The notes under the pieces are model-generated. The model was not told where the DNA came from, made no database searches, and saw nothing but the letters and a program-made list of their open reading frames with translations. 53,826 nucleotides of DNA. Origin: Nitrospirota bacterium (GTDB taxonomy: Bacteria > Nitrospirota > UBA9217). Where the stretch lies: assembly GCA_029858565.1 (NCBI GenBank), contig JAOUEV010000019.1, positions 1 to 53,826 of the forward strand. The letters are read 5' to 3'. Shown here in pieces: positions 40,386 through 51,642 of the stretch (the stretch's first letter is position 1; every line of letters starts with the position of its first letter). Position numbers and translations under genes: made by a program.

Positions 40386-40403
40386 ATGCAATATGAATGC
40401 CTT
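40386..40403 (-). promoter_or_regulatory. Candidate sigma54 promoter for the pilY1-minor pilin operon
   Basis: AAGGCAT-TCATA-TTGCAT with GG-N10-GC spacing on the minus strand. Confidence 0.5.
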
Positions 40404-40501
40404 ATCATGTCCTTTACTTTACAAGTAGTTACGGCAAATAAACCATTTTCCTGATAGAACATATCATCCTACTATGTAATTTGTTACACAATTACCGGCA
40501 T

Positions 40502-40530
40502 TTGACAGTTCATTATGAAAAAGGTAATGT
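40502..40530 (+). promoter_or_regulatory. Sigma70-like promoter, probably leaderless transcript
   Basis: TTGACA-N17-TAATGT, ending 6 nt before ATG 40537; no SD. Confidence 0.55.
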
Positions 40531-40536
40531 TCAGTG

Positions 40537-41328
40537 ATGAAAACGGCTGTAGAGATATACAAGCTTCTGCCCAAGACCAACTGCGGGACCTGCGGCACCG
40601 CGACCTGCTTTGGATTCGCCGCAAAAGTTGCGTCTGGCCTGGCCTCGATCACCTCCTGCGCAAACCTGAACGACCAGGCGCGCGAGGAACTCATGGCCGG
40701 AGAAGGAAACCGGAAAAATTCACCTGGCACTGTTTACGAGCAGGCACTTGAGATACTCAGGCCAAGACTGGCGTCTCTTGATTTTCAAAAGCTCGCGCAG
40801 CAGAGCGGGGCGGTCAGTTCCGCGCCTGATACCCTTGAGCTTCTTTTTCTGAACGACCGGTTTACCGTGACAAAGGAGCGTATCGCGGATCAACAGGGCA
40901 AGGAACCCAGGCCCTTTATCTCGATCCTGATCTACAACCACCTCACCATGCCTGATCCTCCGCGCCCAGCCGGCGAATGGATCACCTTCAGTTCCGTTCC
41001 CGCATCCCATGCAAAGGACAAGGCCTGGGCAGGACATGTTGAGCAGGAGATCGCTTCCCATTTTTCCGGAAATGTGAACGGCCTCAAAAAGGCCTGTGAG
41101 CGATTGGGAGGAACACCCGCCTCGATCAAAGGCAGTCACGACGCTGCCTACGAGTTTCGTTTTTTTCCGCACTATCCGGTCCTGCTGCTGTTCTATGACG
41201 CGGTTCCTGACGAGGATTTCCCTGCACAGTGCAAGCTGCTGCTTGACAAGCACGTGGACCGGTTCCTGGACATAGAATCCATCGTTGTGCTGGGGGAAGA
41301 GTTCGCGGGAAGGTTGACAACGCAGTAG
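40537..41328 (+). CDS. Fe-S domain plus DUF3786-like protein
   Basis: LPKTNCGTCGTATCFGFA...C (corrinoid Fe-S protein/RnfB-type 4Fe-4S motif); FFPHYPV...DEDFPA..LL D. Confidence 0.8.
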   Translation: MKTAVEIYKLLPKTNCGTCGTATCFGFAAKVASGLASITSCANLNDQAREELMAGEGNRKNSPGTVYEQALEILRPRLASLDFQKLAQQSGAVSSAPDTLELLFLNDRFTVTKERIADQQGKEPRPFISILIYNHLTMPDPPRPAGEWITFSSVPASHAKDKAWAGHVEQEIASHFSGNVNGLKKACERLGGTPASIKGSHDAAYEFRFFPHYPVLLLFYDAVPDEDFPAQCKLLLDKHVDRFLDIESIVVLGEEFAGRLTTQ

Positions 41329-41343
41329 CCCTGCTGTTCCAGG

Positions 41344-42108
41344 TCACGTGCGCCAGAGAGCATACAGAAGAAATTCCACATTCCCGTCCTGACCTGTGAT
41401 CGGGGACCGCATCATTCCCTTTTCCTCAAACCCGTTCTCACGAAGCATGGCCCTGACATTCTCCACCGCACCGGTCCGGAGGCCTTCATCCTTCACGATG
41501 CCGCCTTTCCCTACGAGCTCTTTGCCAACCTCGAATTGCGGCTTGACGAGCGCAATCAGCTCAGCATCCTTCTTCAGAAATCGCAGGATCGCGGGTACCA
41601 CCTTATTCAAAGAGATGAAGGAAACATCGATAACAACGATGTCGACCAGTTCGGGAATCCGCCCGGGATCCATCTCGCGGATGTTCGATCGGTCGATCAG
41701 CGCCACGCGCGGGTCTTGCTGAAGTTTCCAGGCCATCTGTCCGTAGCCGACGTCGACTGCGTAGACCTTTACAGAACCGCGCTGGAGCAGACAGTCGGTA
41801 AAACCTCCGGTCGAAGCGCCGACATCCAACGCGGTCTTGCCGCTGACGTCTATTCCAAACTCTCGCAGCGCCGCATCCAGTTTCAGCCCGCCGCGGCTCA
41901 CAAACGCCATTCGCTGTCCCAGGATGCGGATATCAGCGTCCGGTGGTACAAGAGCGCCGGCCTTGTCGACCTTCTGTCCGTTCACCAGGATCTGACCGGC
42001 CAGAATAAGGGCCCGGCCCTTTTCCCGGCTTTCCACGAATCCCCTGTCAGAAAGCAATCGGTCCAGCCGGACCTTGGATGGTTTACGCGTCTCTTTCCCG
42101 TCAGTCAT
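41344..42108 (-). CDS. tlyA: TlyA-family rRNA methyltransferase
   Basis: S4 domain; FVSRGGLKL, DVGASTGGFTD, DVSFISL, KPQFE. Confidence 0.95.
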   Translation of the reverse strand: MTDGKETRKPSKVRLDRLLSDRGFVESREKGRALILAGQILVNGQKVDKAGALVPPDADIRILGQRMAFVSRGGLKLDAALREFGIDVSGKTALDVGASTGGFTDCLLQRGSVKVYAVDVGYGQMAWKLQQDPRVALIDRSNIREMDPGRIPELVDIVVIDVSFISLNKVVPAILRFLKKDAELIALVKPQFEVGKELVGKGGIVKDEGLRTGAVENVRAMLRENGFEEKGMMRSPITGQDGNVEFLLYALWRT

Positions 42109-42114
42109 TGAATG

Positions 42115-42146
42115 AAAAAGGCACTAAGAACTATCTTAGTGCCTTT
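42115..42146 (-). terminator. Rho-independent terminator-like hairpin after dxs
   Basis: AAAGGCACTAAGA-tagt-TCTTAGTGCCTTTTT on the minus strand. Confidence 0.7.
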
Positions 42147-42178
42147 CCTTGCCCTTTTTAAGCGTTCATGGTCCGCGA

Positions 42179-44095
42179 TCAGCTCGTTTTTATATTGGTC
42201 ACCGAAGCCACAGCCTTCAGACTGGTCTTCTCCATGAAATCCCTGACCGAGTTGAAAACACCATCAGCATCGATCCCGTACTTCTGACGCAAGACCGCCT
42301 GGGGCCCGTGCTCTATGAATTTATCCGGCAGGCCTATCCGGAGCGTTTTGATGCCCGAAAGCCGTGCGCTTTCCAGGCACTCGAGCACGGCGCTGCCGAA
42401 TCCGCCTTGAAGGGCGTGTTCCTCGACAGTGACGATCCTTCCGGTCTTCCTGGCAAGGGAGAGGACCAGGTCTTCGTCCAGGGGTTTCACGAACCGGGCA
42501 TTAACAACAGTAGCGGAAATCCCATCAACAGCCAGCCGCTCGGCTGCATCCTGGGCCGCCTTGACGGTCGAACCGATGGCAATGATCGCGAGATCGGTCC
42601 CTTCCCGCAGCACCTCGCCTTTGCCGACCGGCAGTGTCGTGATCTCCTGGTCCATGGGAACGCCCAGTCCAGTGCCTCGGGGATACCGGATAGCCGACGG
42701 TCCGTTGCGTTCCACCGATGTCTTGATCATATGCTGCAGTTCGTTCTCGTCCTTCGGCGCCATAACGACCATATTGGGAAGATGCCGCATGAACGCGAGA
42801 TCGAAAACTCCGTGGTGAGTCGGGCCGTCCTCACCAACGATCCCGGCACGGTCCATGGCTATGGTGACAGGAAGGTTCTGGAGACAAAGGTCATGCATGA
42901 CCTGATCGTACGCACGCTGCATGAATGTCGAATAGATCGCTGTGACCGGCCGCATCCCCTGGGTCGCCAGACCGCAGGCAAAGGTAATGCCATGGGGTTC
43001 GGCGATGCCGACATCGAAAAAGCGTTCAGGATACAGAGAAGCGAACTTGTCCAGTCCCGTGCCGTCGGACATGGCAGCTGAGATCGCCACGATCCGTTCA
43101 TCTTCCTCGGCGAGCTTGGTCATGGTCTGACCGAAGACCTCGGTGTAACTCATGACCTTCTGCTTCTTCCCACCCGTCTTTCCGGTTTCCGGATCGAATG
43201 GCGGCGTACCATGGTACTGTGACGGGCTGCACTCGGCGAAGGCGCAGCCTTTTCCCTTTTTTGTGACCACGTGCACCAGGACCGGCCAGGTATAGTCCTT
43301 GATGTTCCGGAACGTCTCGAGCAGCAGATCGATGTTATGACCGTCGATGGGCCCGATGTACTGGAACCCAAGTTCCTCAAAGATGATCCCCGGAGCGACG
43401 AACATCTTGACAGATTCCTCGGCCTTCTTCGCCAGGTGGAGCATCGAATCTCCCACCCGGGGAATTCCCTGCAAAAAGTGTTTCGTTTCCTGCCGCAGAC
43501 GGGTATAGAAGTTCCCGGTCATAAGCTTGGTCAAGTATGCGGACAGGGCCCCGACGTTCGGGGAGATGGACATTTCATTGTCGTTCAAGACAACGATCAT
43601 CTGTTTCTTGAGATGACCCGCCTGGTTCAGCCCCTCGAATGCCAGTCCGGCGGAAATGGAGCCGTCTCCGATCACCGCGATCACCTGGAAATTCTCCTTC
43701 TTTATTTCCCGGGCTGCGACCATGCCGAGCGCTGCGGAAATGGACGTGCTTGCATGGCCCACATCAAAATGGTCATAGGGACTTTCTTCGCGCTTGGGGA
43801 AGCCGCTGATCCCCCCGTACTGACGCAAGGTGGCAAAGCGTTCGCGGCGTCCGGTCAACAGCTTGTGGGCATACGCTTGATGTCCCACGTCCCAGATGAT
43901 CTTGTCCTTTGGGGCGTCGAATATGTAGTGGAGTGCGATCGTCAGGTCAACAACGCCGAGGCTGGGAGCAAGATGCCCGCCTGTTCTGGCAACCGTTTGA
44001 ACGATCGTTTCCCGCAGTTCCCCTGCCAGGTCCGGAAGTCCCTCGGGCGGCAGGTTCTTCAGGTCCGATGGACTGTTGATGTTCTCAAGAAGCAT
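42179..44095 (-). CDS. dxs: 1-deoxy-D-xylulose-5-phosphate synthase
   Basis: [43 protein letters not shown]. Confidence 0.97.
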   Translation of the reverse strand: MLLENINSPSDLKNLPPEGLPDLAGELRETIVQTVARTGGHLAPSLGVVDLTIALHYIFDAPKDKIIWDVGHQAYAHKLLTGRRERFATLRQYGGISGFPKREESPYDHFDVGHASTSISAALGMVAAREIKKENFQVIAVIGDGSISAGLAFEGLNQAGHLKKQMIVVLNDNEMSISPNVGALSAYLTKLMTGNFYTRLRQETKHFLQGIPRVGDSMLHLAKKAEESVKMFVAPGIIFEELGFQYIGPIDGHNIDLLLETFRNIKDYTWPVLVHVVTKKGKGCAFAECSPSQYHGTPPFDPETGKTGGKKQKVMSYTEVFGQTMTKLAEEDERIVAISAAMSDGTGLDKFASLYPERFFDVGIAEPHGITFACGLATQGMRPVTAIYSTFMQRAYDQVMHDLCLQNLPVTIAMDRAGIVGEDGPTHHGVFDLAFMRHLPNMVVMAPKDENELQHMIKTSVERNGPSAIRYPRGTGLGVPMDQEITTLPVGKGEVLREGTDLAIIAIGSTVKAAQDAAERLAVDGISATVVNARFVKPLDEDLVLSLARKTGRIVTVEEHALQGGFGSAVLECLESARLSGIKTLRIGLPDKFIEHGPQAVLRQKYGIDADGVFNSVRDFMEKTSLKAVASVTNIKTS

Positions 44096-44179
44096 GTCTG
44101 TACCTCATTGGATCCGGGATCCTGCACAGGACAGGCACGAGGCTGTTTGCCGGCCGTAGGTGCAGGATCAGGGAACGAT

Positions 44180-45079
44180 TTAGTTCACCCGGTAAATAAT
44201 ATACTTCGCCAATTCACGCAGGACATCGGCTTTTGCGTCAAAATCCTTCAGCGACAGAAGCGCCTTATCAACGACCTCATGCGCCCTATTTCTTGATTCC
44301 GCGAGACCGTAAAAGCTCGGAAATGTCTTTTTCCCCTTTTTCAGGTCGCTGCCGACGTCCTTGCCGATATCTTCCTGCTTTCCGACAATATCCAGTATGT
44401 CATCTGCAATCTGAAAGGCAAGCCCGATGAACTCGCCATAACGGGTCAGCGCTTTCAGCTTTTTTTCATTTACACCGGCATACAATGCCCCGACACGGAC
44501 TGACGCGCGGATAAGAGCGCCTGTTTTGTGCGTGTGGATGTATTCCAGGGTTGGAAAATCGACATCCTTGCCCTCAGACTCCATGTCCACAACCTGGCCG
44601 CCAACCATGCCGAACACACCGGATGCCACTGCAATTTCCCGCGTAATGGCCATCATGCGCTTGGCCGGTACATCTTTCAGGCGCTTCTGATCAGACAAAA
44701 TCTCGAACGCTCTGTTGAGAAGCCCGTCTCCGGCAAGGATCGCCATTGCCTCACCATAGACCTTATGGCAGGTGGGGCGGCCGCGCCGGAAATCATCGTT
44801 GTCCATGGCGGGCAGATCATCATGGACCAGGGAATAGGTATGGATAAGTTCAAGCGCACCTGCGATTGGCAGTAAGCCCTTGGGCCGGGCGCCAAGAGAC
44901 TCTGCAGTTGCGATGGCAAGGATCGGACGGACCCGTTTCCCCCCGGCGAAAAGACTGTATCGCATTGCTTCGAACACCGACGGCGGAAAGGTATTCGCAG
45001 GAGGAACAATGCTTTCAAGCGCCTTGTCCACGAGATCTTTTTTCTTATGCAAATAGGTTTTTATTTCCATGGCAGACAT
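44180..45079 (-). CDS. ispA: Farnesyl/geranylgeranyl diphosphate synthase
   Basis: GGKRVRP, HDDLPAMDNDDFRRG, FQIADDILD. Confidence 0.93.
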   Translation of the reverse strand: MSAMEIKTYLHKKKDLVDKALESIVPPANTFPPSVFEAMRYSLFAGGKRVRPILAIATAESLGARPKGLLPIAGALELIHTYSLVHDDLPAMDNDDFRRGRPTCHKVYGEAMAILAGDGLLNRAFEILSDQKRLKDVPAKRMMAITREIAVASGVFGMVGGQVVDMESEGKDVDFPTLEYIHTHKTGALIRASVRVGALYAGVNEKKLKALTRYGEFIGLAFQIADDILDIVGKQEDIGKDVGSDLKKGKKTFPSFYGLAESRNRAHEVVDKALLSLKDFDAKADVLRELAKYIIYRVN

Positions 45080-45122
45080 ACTGGAGCAGAGATCGAACTT
45101 TCCTTGTATGGATCAAAACTGG

Positions 45123-45356
45123 TCAGGATTCTTCTTCGTCATCAAATGTTCGCGGCGTCACATTACCCGATCTGTCCTTGATCAGGATCTCGACCTTGCC
45201 CTCGGCTTCTTCAAGACGTGTATTGCAGAGTCTCGCCAGTTTGACCCCCTCCTCGAACAGTTTCAGCGACTGTTCCAGGGAAAGATCGCCTTTTTCGAGA
45301 TCCGTGACGATCTCCTCAAGGCGGGCAAGAGCAGTTTCGAACTTTTTTTCTGCCAT
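45123..45356 (-). CDS. xseB: Exodeoxyribonuclease VII small subunit
   Basis: FE.AL.RLEEIV..LE.GDLSLE.SL..FEEG. Confidence 0.95.
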   Translation of the reverse strand: MAEKKFETALARLEEIVTDLEKGDLSLEQSLKLFEEGVKLARLCNTRLEEAEGKVEILIKDRSGNVTPRTFDDEEES

Positions 45357-45522
45357 AGTGATATTTCAAAAGCCCGCTGTTGGCCATGTCGGGCACCGGG
45401 ATCGCATCAAGATCGTTATTTGGACCATATCTGCTGTTCTCAACAGACCTGCTTTTCGGAACGATCGGGCAACGGGCATCATCAGGTCTGGATTTTATTA
45501 TAAACAACAACTACTGGTTAAA

Positions 45523-46719
45523 TCAAGGTAAAAGGGTCTTTTCGACCCGTGAGTCCACTTCCCCCGAAAGGAGCCTGGTACGGATGACGTCTCCCTGTTT
45601 AAGCTCCGCAGCGTTCTTGACGATCATTCCCGCGGGCATGACACGGGTGATGCTGTAACCACGACCGAGAATGCCAAGGGGATTAAGCTGATCCAGTGCT
45701 CTGCTCAGCCCGGCAAGCCGGCCTCTGTCGCGAATGACCAGTGTCCTGAACGCGAGAGCAAGGCGCTGCCTGAGTTCATCAGTCCTGAGCAACAACTGCT
45801 GGACCTGCCTGCGGGGGTCTCCCAGAAGTCGGACCGAGGACGAAAGTGCGGAACGCAGACGGTCAAGCTCCGCTCTCATGGAAACATACAGCCGGCTTTG
45901 CAAGGAACCCAAGGTCGCCCGCAGGTTTTCCTCGCTTTCAACGACCATCTCCGCTGCAGCTGACGGCGTGGGAGCCCGGACATCAGCGACAAAATCAGCG
46001 ATCGTATAGTCCGTTTCATGACCCACCGCAGAGATAACCGGGATGCGCGATGACATGATAGCACGGGCAACAGCTTCTTCATTGAACGCCCAGAGGTCCT
46101 CAAGCGAACCGCCGCCCCTGCCGATAATAAGGACATCAACAGCCTGGGTCCGGTTGAAGTGCTCGATTGCCTGAATGATCTCGGGAGGCGCTTCGCTTCC
46201 TTGTACCGGCACCGGATAGATGACGATCTCCATGCGCGGATGCCTTCGCCGGATCACGCGAAGGATATCCCGGATGGCAGCCCCGGTAGGAGAGGTTATC
46301 ACCCCCACGCGCCGGGGAAGCACCGGAAGGGCCCGTTTTCGTCCGAGGGCGAACAGGCCCTCCTTCTCCAGGCGCGATTTCAGTTCTTCAAAGGCCCGCT
46401 GGAGCGCACCGATGCCTTTAGGTTCTACATACTCGAGTATGAGCTGATATTCTCCGCGAGGTTCATATACTCCGACCCTGCCGCGACAGACCACCAGCAT
46501 TCCATGCTGAAGCGTGAACTTGAGATGTCGCTGGGATGATCGGAACAGAACTGCCCGAACTTGGCTGTGCTCGTCCTTCAGGGTGAAATAGGCATGGCCA
46601 GATTGAGGGACCGTAAGGTTGGAGATCTCACCTTCCACCCAGATATCCGGGAATGCCCCTTCCATCAGGTCTTTGATCTGGTGGCTAAGCTTGGTGACTG
46701 TGAGAATATGGCTCTGCAT
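45523..46719 (-). CDS. xseA: Exodeoxyribonuclease VII large subunit
   Basis: WVEGEISN, SGHAYFTLKD, GRGGGSLEDLW.FN, GHETD, PTPSAAAE. Confidence 0.96.
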   Translation of the reverse strand: MQSHILTVTKLSHQIKDLMEGAFPDIWVEGEISNLTVPQSGHAYFTLKDEHSQVRAVLFRSSQRHLKFTLQHGMLVVCRGRVGVYEPRGEYQLILEYVEPKGIGALQRAFEELKSRLEKEGLFALGRKRALPVLPRRVGVITSPTGAAIRDILRVIRRRHPRMEIVIYPVPVQGSEAPPEIIQAIEHFNRTQAVDVLIIGRGGGSLEDLWAFNEEAVARAIMSSRIPVISAVGHETDYTIADFVADVRAPTPSAAAEMVVESEENLRATLGSLQSRLYVSMRAELDRLRSALSSSVRLLGDPRRQVQQLLLRTDELRQRLALAFRTLVIRDRGRLAGLSRALDQLNPLGILGRGYSITRVMPAGMIVKNAAELKQGDVIRTRLLSGEVDSRVEKTLLP

Positions 46720-46789
46720 GATATGGGATCAAGCTGGCGACGTCCGGATCTCAAGCAACTCCCTGCTCGCGCATCTCCATTCGGCGATA

Positions 46790-47578
46790 CTAGCTCGGAG
46801 ACCTCAGATTGATGCGCTCCACGGAACGGGCGCGGCCGCTGGAACCATCAATATCGATCAGCACAGCGTTGAGCATGGTCGGCCCCTTGGGAATCTCGAA
46901 CTTGTGAGGCCGCTGCGTGAGAAAGCGGTTTATTGCGTCCTCTTTCCGGACGCCGATGACCGATTCTGCCGGTCCGGTCATCCCCACATCGGTGATGAAA
47001 GCGGTCCCTCCCGGCAGAATCCGTTCGTCAGCGGTCTGAACATGGGTATGGGTCCCCAGAACGGCGCTCGCTTTGCCATCGAGATACCATGCGAGTGCCG
47101 CCTTTTCAGAAGTGGCCTCAGCATGGAAGTCGATGATCACCACAGGGGTCTCTTTTTTCAATCTCTCCAGTTCCCTGACCGCGCAACGAAAGGGATCGTC
47201 CAGGTTGGACATGAACACCCTTCCTTCCAGGTTCAGGACAGCGGCTTTGCCGGCTCTATCCGTTTCAATGACCGCGCTGCCAAAACCGGGGCTGCCTTCG
47301 GCATAATTTGCCGGCCTGATCAACTGGTTCTGTTTGGACAGATACGGTTCGATCTCCTTCTTGTCCCATACATGGTTGCCTGAGGTCAGAACGTGGATAC
47401 CCATGAAGAGAAGCTCGTCTGCGATGTCCGAGGTTATTCCGAATCCACCGGCGGCATTTTCTCCATTCGCGATCACCAGGTCCGGACGATGTTGCTCCAG
47501 CAGCCCCTTCAGATACTGCCGGAGGGTCTTCCGTCCTGGCTCGCCAATGATATCTCCGATAAAAAGGACTTTCACCAT
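46790..47578 (-). CDS. ymdB: YmdB-family metallophosphoesterase
   Basis: GDIIG.PGR, NGENAAGG, GNHVWD, DFHAEATSEK, GTHTHV; lies downstream of rny. Confidence 0.92.
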   Translation of the reverse strand: MVKVLFIGDIIGEPGRKTLRQYLKGLLEQHRPDLVIANGENAAGGFGITSDIADELLFMGIHVLTSGNHVWDKKEIEPYLSKQNQLIRPANYAEGSPGFGSAVIETDRAGKAAVLNLEGRVFMSNLDDPFRCAVRELERLKKETPVVIIDFHAEATSEKAALAWYLDGKASAVLGTHTHVQTADERILPGGTAFITDVGMTGPAESVIGVRKEDAINRFLTQRPHKFEIPKGPTMLNAVLIDIDGSSGRARSVERINLRSPS

Positions 47579-47707
47579 TCACCTCATGGTCATTACTGCT
47601 CGTGTTCAACGGGGGTGATCACTGTTCTCGTCAGGTGCCAGTCAACGAGAATGCGATCACCCCTTTGCCAGAGACCATTAAATCATCTTCCCTGACGCCT
47701 TCCGGAT

Positions 47708-49264
47708 CTACTTCGCAAACTCCACATATCTGCTTTCACGCACCACCGTGACCTTGATCTGGCCGGGATAGGACAACTCCTGCTCGATCTTCTTCGCGAT
47801 ATCCCGAGACAACTGGGCCGAGTGCACATCTGACAGCTCTTCGGGTTTCACGATGATCCTGATCTCTCGTCCCGCCTGAATGGCGTAGGATTTTTCCACG
47901 CCTTTGAAGGTGCTTGCGGTCTGTTCAAGCGCCTCGAGTCGCTTGATATAGCTCTCCAGGGTCTCACGCCGCACGCCCGGCCTGCCCGCGGAAAGTGCGT
48001 CGGCCGCCGCCACAAGCACGGATTCGACGCAATTCGGTTCTCCGTCGCCATGGTGCGTCATGATCGCATTGATCACCTTGGCTGACTCACCGAACTTCTT
48101 CGCGAGGTCTCCCCCGATACCCGGGTGCGTGCCTTCCATTTCGTGATCAACAGCCTTTCCGATATCATGCAACAGGCCGGCACGCCGCGCAAGTTTCTGG
48201 TCGCAGCCAAGCTCCGCAGCCATGACGCCCGCAAAGTATGCGACCTCACGCGCGTGCATCAGGACGTTCTGGCCGTAGCTGGTACGATATTTAAGCCGGC
48301 CGATCAGCTTGACGATATCGGGATGCATATTGTGGATCCCCAGGTCAAAACAGGCTTTTTCGCCTTCTTCCTTCAGGGTCCCCTCGAGATCCTTCTTCAC
48401 CTTTTCCGCGATTTCCTCGATGCGGGCGGGATGAATACGGCCGTCCTGGATCAGCCGTTCGATCGTGAGCCGCGCGATCTCGCGCCGGAATGGATCATAG
48501 CACGAGAGGATGACCGCTTCCGGCGTATCGTCGATAATGAGGTCGATCCCCGTGGCTGCCTCGATGGCGCGGATGTTCCGTCCCTCACGACCAATGATCC
48601 GGCCTTTCATCTCATCGTTCGGCAGATTCAGCACCGATACCGTTGCCTCGGCCACATAGTCGCTTGCGTACCGCTGGATCGCAAGGCTGATGATATTCTT
48701 GGATTTTTTGTCGGCCTCTTCCTTTGCTTCATCCTCGATCCGCTTGATCGTCTTTGCAGCCTCGAACTTCGCCTCGTCTTCCATGGACATCATGAGCTGT
48801 CGCTTAGCTTCTTCAGCGGTCATGCTCGCGATCTTCTCCATAAGCTGACGCTGCTCCTTGAGGCCGCGTTCGAACCGCTCTTCCTTTTCCTGGGCTACCT
48901 TTTCGCGCGCCGTCAGTTCTTTTTCCCGCTTGATCACATCAGATTCGCGCTTGTCAACGACATCGACCTTCTTTTCGAGGTTTTCCTCTTTCTGGGTCAG
49001 TCGCCGCTCCTGGTTCTGCAGTTCCTGACGTTTGTCGCGAACTTCCTTTTCAAAATCCGTCCGGGACTGATAGAGCTTGTCCTTGGCCTCAAGAACCGCT
49101 TCTTTCCGCTTTGTTTCGGCTTCCCGTTCTGCATTTGCGATGATCTTGGCCGCCTCAGCCTCGGCATCCCGCACCTTTCCTGCGGATATCTTGCCCTTGA
49201 GCACCAGCGCGATACCGCCGCCAATGGCCGCGCCGATGATCAGGATAACAATATACTCAACCAT
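47708..49264 (-). CDS. rny: Ribonuclease Y
   Basis: N-terminal TM, coiled coil, KH motif [15 protein letters not shown] motif LLHDIGK. Confidence 0.97.
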   Translation of the reverse strand: MVEYIVILIIGAAIGGGIALVLKGKISAGKVRDAEAEAAKIIANAEREAETKRKEAVLEAKDKLYQSRTDFEKEVRDKRQELQNQERRLTQKEENLEKKVDVVDKRESDVIKREKELTAREKVAQEKEERFERGLKEQRQLMEKIASMTAEEAKRQLMMSMEDEAKFEAAKTIKRIEDEAKEEADKKSKNIISLAIQRYASDYVAEATVSVLNLPNDEMKGRIIGREGRNIRAIEAATGIDLIIDDTPEAVILSCYDPFRREIARLTIERLIQDGRIHPARIEEIAEKVKKDLEGTLKEEGEKACFDLGIHNMHPDIVKLIGRLKYRTSYGQNVLMHAREVAYFAGVMAAELGCDQKLARRAGLLHDIGKAVDHEMEGTHPGIGGDLAKKFGESAKVINAIMTHHGDGEPNCVESVLVAAADALSAGRPGVRRETLESYIKRLEALEQTASTFKGVEKSYAIQAGREIRIIVKPEELSDVHSAQLSRDIAKKIEQELSYPGQIKVTVVRESRYVEFAK

Positions 49265-50594
49265 GGTTCCGTTCCTCCCCTTGATATTTCCTCAGCCCGG
49301 CAAGACGGTCCTTGATCCTTTTTTCCTCGCCTTGTTCCGTGGGCTGGTAGTATGTCCGCTTGCGCGGCAAATAATCCTGCTGTACGTAGTGTCCCGGATA
49401 ATCATGCGGGTAGCGATAGCCTTTCCCGCGCCCCAGGCGCGCCGCGCCTTGATAATGGGCGTCCCGAAGGTGGTCAGGTACCCGCAGGATCTCTCCGGAA
49501 TCGACATCTTGCAAAGCGGCCTTGATCCCCTGATAGCTGGCATTGCTTTTCGGCGCCGAGGCAACATAGATCGCAGCCTGCCCAAGGGGAATGCCTCCCT
49601 CAGGCATGCCTATCCGTTCCACGGCCTGATAGGCCGAAATTGCGACGAACAATGCCCGGGGATCCGCGTTCCCCACATCCTCGCTCGCGGCAATAACTAT
49701 CCGACGGGCAATGAACAAGGGATCCTCGCCTGCCCGGAGCATCTTGGCCATCCAGTAAAGCGTCGCGTCGGGATCGCTTCCGCGCATGCTCTTGATGAAC
49801 GCTGAGATTGTGTCGTAATGTTCGTCCTCATCGTACGCCAGTGCCCGCTGCTGAATGGACTCCTCGGCAACGGCGAGATCATAGGTAATGCGTCCGTCCA
49901 GCGCCGGCGGTGTCGACAGGACACCCAATTCCAGGGCGTTCAAGGCCTTTCGCGCGTCTCCGTTCGAACGGGCAATAATTAGGTCACGAGCCTCTTCGGT
50001 CACGGTGACGGCGACGGCGCCTAATCCCCGCTCCACATCATTGAGCGCACGGGTGAGGATGGCCTGAAGATGATCGACTTGAAGCGGCTTGAACTCGAAA
50101 ATCTGGGAGCGCGAAGACAGGGCGGGAATAATGGCAAAGAAAGGATTTTGTGTTGACGCACCAATAAGGGTAACTGTCCCCTGTTCGACATCCGGCAGCA
50201 GGGCATCCTGCTGTACACGCGTGAACCTGTGGATCTCATCGACGAACAGGATCGTTCGACGCCCGCCTTCGGCTTGTTTGTCAGCCGCTTCCTGCACGAC
50301 CTTGCGAATATCGGCAATGCCGGCGGTAACAGCGTTCAACGATACAAAGTGGGCTTCGCTCTTTTCTGCGATCAGGTGTGCAAGCGCGGTCTTTCCCGCC
50401 CCCGGCGGGCCGTAGAGGATCAGCGACATAAAGCGATCCGCCTCTATGGCCCGTCGAAGCAATTTTCCGGGTCCTACGATATGTTCCTGCCCGACAAACT
50501 CATCGAGCGTACGCGGCCTCATTCTCCACGCAAGCGGCTGATGGTGAGGTGCGACAGATACAGACGTAGTTTTATCGTGCTTTTTTGTGGCCAA
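49257..50594 (-). CDS. rarA: Replication-associated recombination protein A
   Basis: [44 protein letters not shown]. Confidence 0.95.
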   Translation of the reverse strand: MATKKHDKTTSVSVAPHHQPLAWRMRPRTLDEFVGQEHIVGPGKLLRRAIEADRFMSLILYGPPGAGKTALAHLIAEKSEAHFVSLNAVTAGIADIRKVVQEAADKQAEGGRRTILFVDEIHRFTRVQQDALLPDVEQGTVTLIGASTQNPFFAIIPALSSRSQIFEFKPLQVDHLQAILTRALNDVERGLGAVAVTVTEEARDLIIARSNGDARKALNALELGVLSTPPALDGRITYDLAVAEESIQQRALAYDEDEHYDTISAFIKSMRGSDPDATLYWMAKMLRAGEDPLFIARRIVIAASEDVGNADPRALFVAISAYQAVERIGMPEGGIPLGQAAIYVASAPKSNASYQGIKAALQDVDSGEILRVPDHLRDAHYQGAARLGRGKGYRYPHDYPGHYVQQDYLPRKRTYYQPTEQGEEKRIKDRLAGLRKYQGEERNHG

Positions 50595-51021
50595 GAGACA
50601 CTTCAGGAAGGCTGGAAAATACGCTTGCTAGTGTGAGAACTGCGAGGATCTGGACAGGCTGCTCAGAACGATGCTATTTCGTGCTACATCCGGGATATGA
50701 CGGGATAAGGGATTTTTCCTATCGATAGAATTACACTCCCTTGAAAAAAGGACGCAAAAGCAAGGAGATACCGTAAATACTCCTTTTGCTTTATTGGTCC
50801 GATGTTCTTTACGACGTTCCCTGATTTCCCGTCTGTCATTTCTGAGGTTCACCTGTTCCGATTCAGTACGTATCTCGTTGGATATGCTGCACAACGAGGT
50901 TCCGCTGTTTCATTACACTATCAAAGCGCAGAACGCCTTCCTTACTTGACGCTCCTTTTTGCGCTGTTTCTGATTTCAATGCTCCACGGAAGCTATGAGC
51001 TATCCAAAGTGTCTGAACTGA

Positions 51022-51197
51022 AAACCCCCGCTCTTGCCGTGCTGATAACTTGGACCTGGAGTTAACCAGGTGGGCGCCATGAAGGAAAGTTAGGCTACCC
51101 AGTCTTATCTGGGCATGCACACCCTTTCCCGGGACAGCTCCCTATTGAAATCATTACGAGGTACAAGTTACATCAGTCACGCGCAGGGCAGGGGACT
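51022..51197 (-). ncRNA. ssrS: 6S RNA
   Basis: Downstream of zapA; about 175 nt with pairing ends (CCCCTG...GCGGGGG), AGGGAGC and GCCCACC motifs and a long self-complementary rod; ends approximate. Confidence 0.8.
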
Positions 51198-51321
51198 GCT
51201 CATCTTGTTCTTAAGATATTTATACCAAAAAGACATCCAAATGGCAAGGACAAAGTAGTTTTCCCACGACCGATTTCATCATTTTCACTTTAAATATCAG
51301 CAGGTTGAGAATTCCCCAATT

Positions 51322-51618
51322 TCAAGAGATGCCGTTGTGTTCAGAAGACCGGCCATCGGTTAGTTCAAGTATGCGCTCGATGGCATCACCAACAGATGCC
51401 TGCGTACTTGCATGATCTGTCCGTGTGCGATAGAGTTCGTCAGCGATGTTCAGGGCCGTCAGTATCGCCAGCCGATACCCGTCAGAGGTCCCGGTACCTT
51501 TCTGGATATCCTTCATTTTAGCATCAATGAACTGTGCAAGATCACGGACGTAGCTGCTGTCAGGGCTTCCCTTCAAGAGATAGGTCTGACCGAATATTTC
51601 AACCTGGACCTTATCCAT
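51322..51618 (-). CDS. zapA: Cell division protein ZapA
   Basis: VEIFGQTY, LA.FID.KM, AILTALNIADEL. Confidence 0.92.
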   Translation of the reverse strand: MDKVQVEIFGQTYLLKGSPDSSYVRDLAQFIDAKMKDIQKGTGTSDGYRLAILTALNIADELYRTRTDHASTQASVGDAIERILELTDGRSSEHNGIS

Positions 51619-51642
51619 AGAAACTCCCATAAACCGGCACCA

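Noticed and set aside
50600-51020. Short ORFs and an imperfect hairpin between 6S RNA and rarA
   Set aside because: No recognisable motif or convincing RBS; cannot be supported from sequence alone
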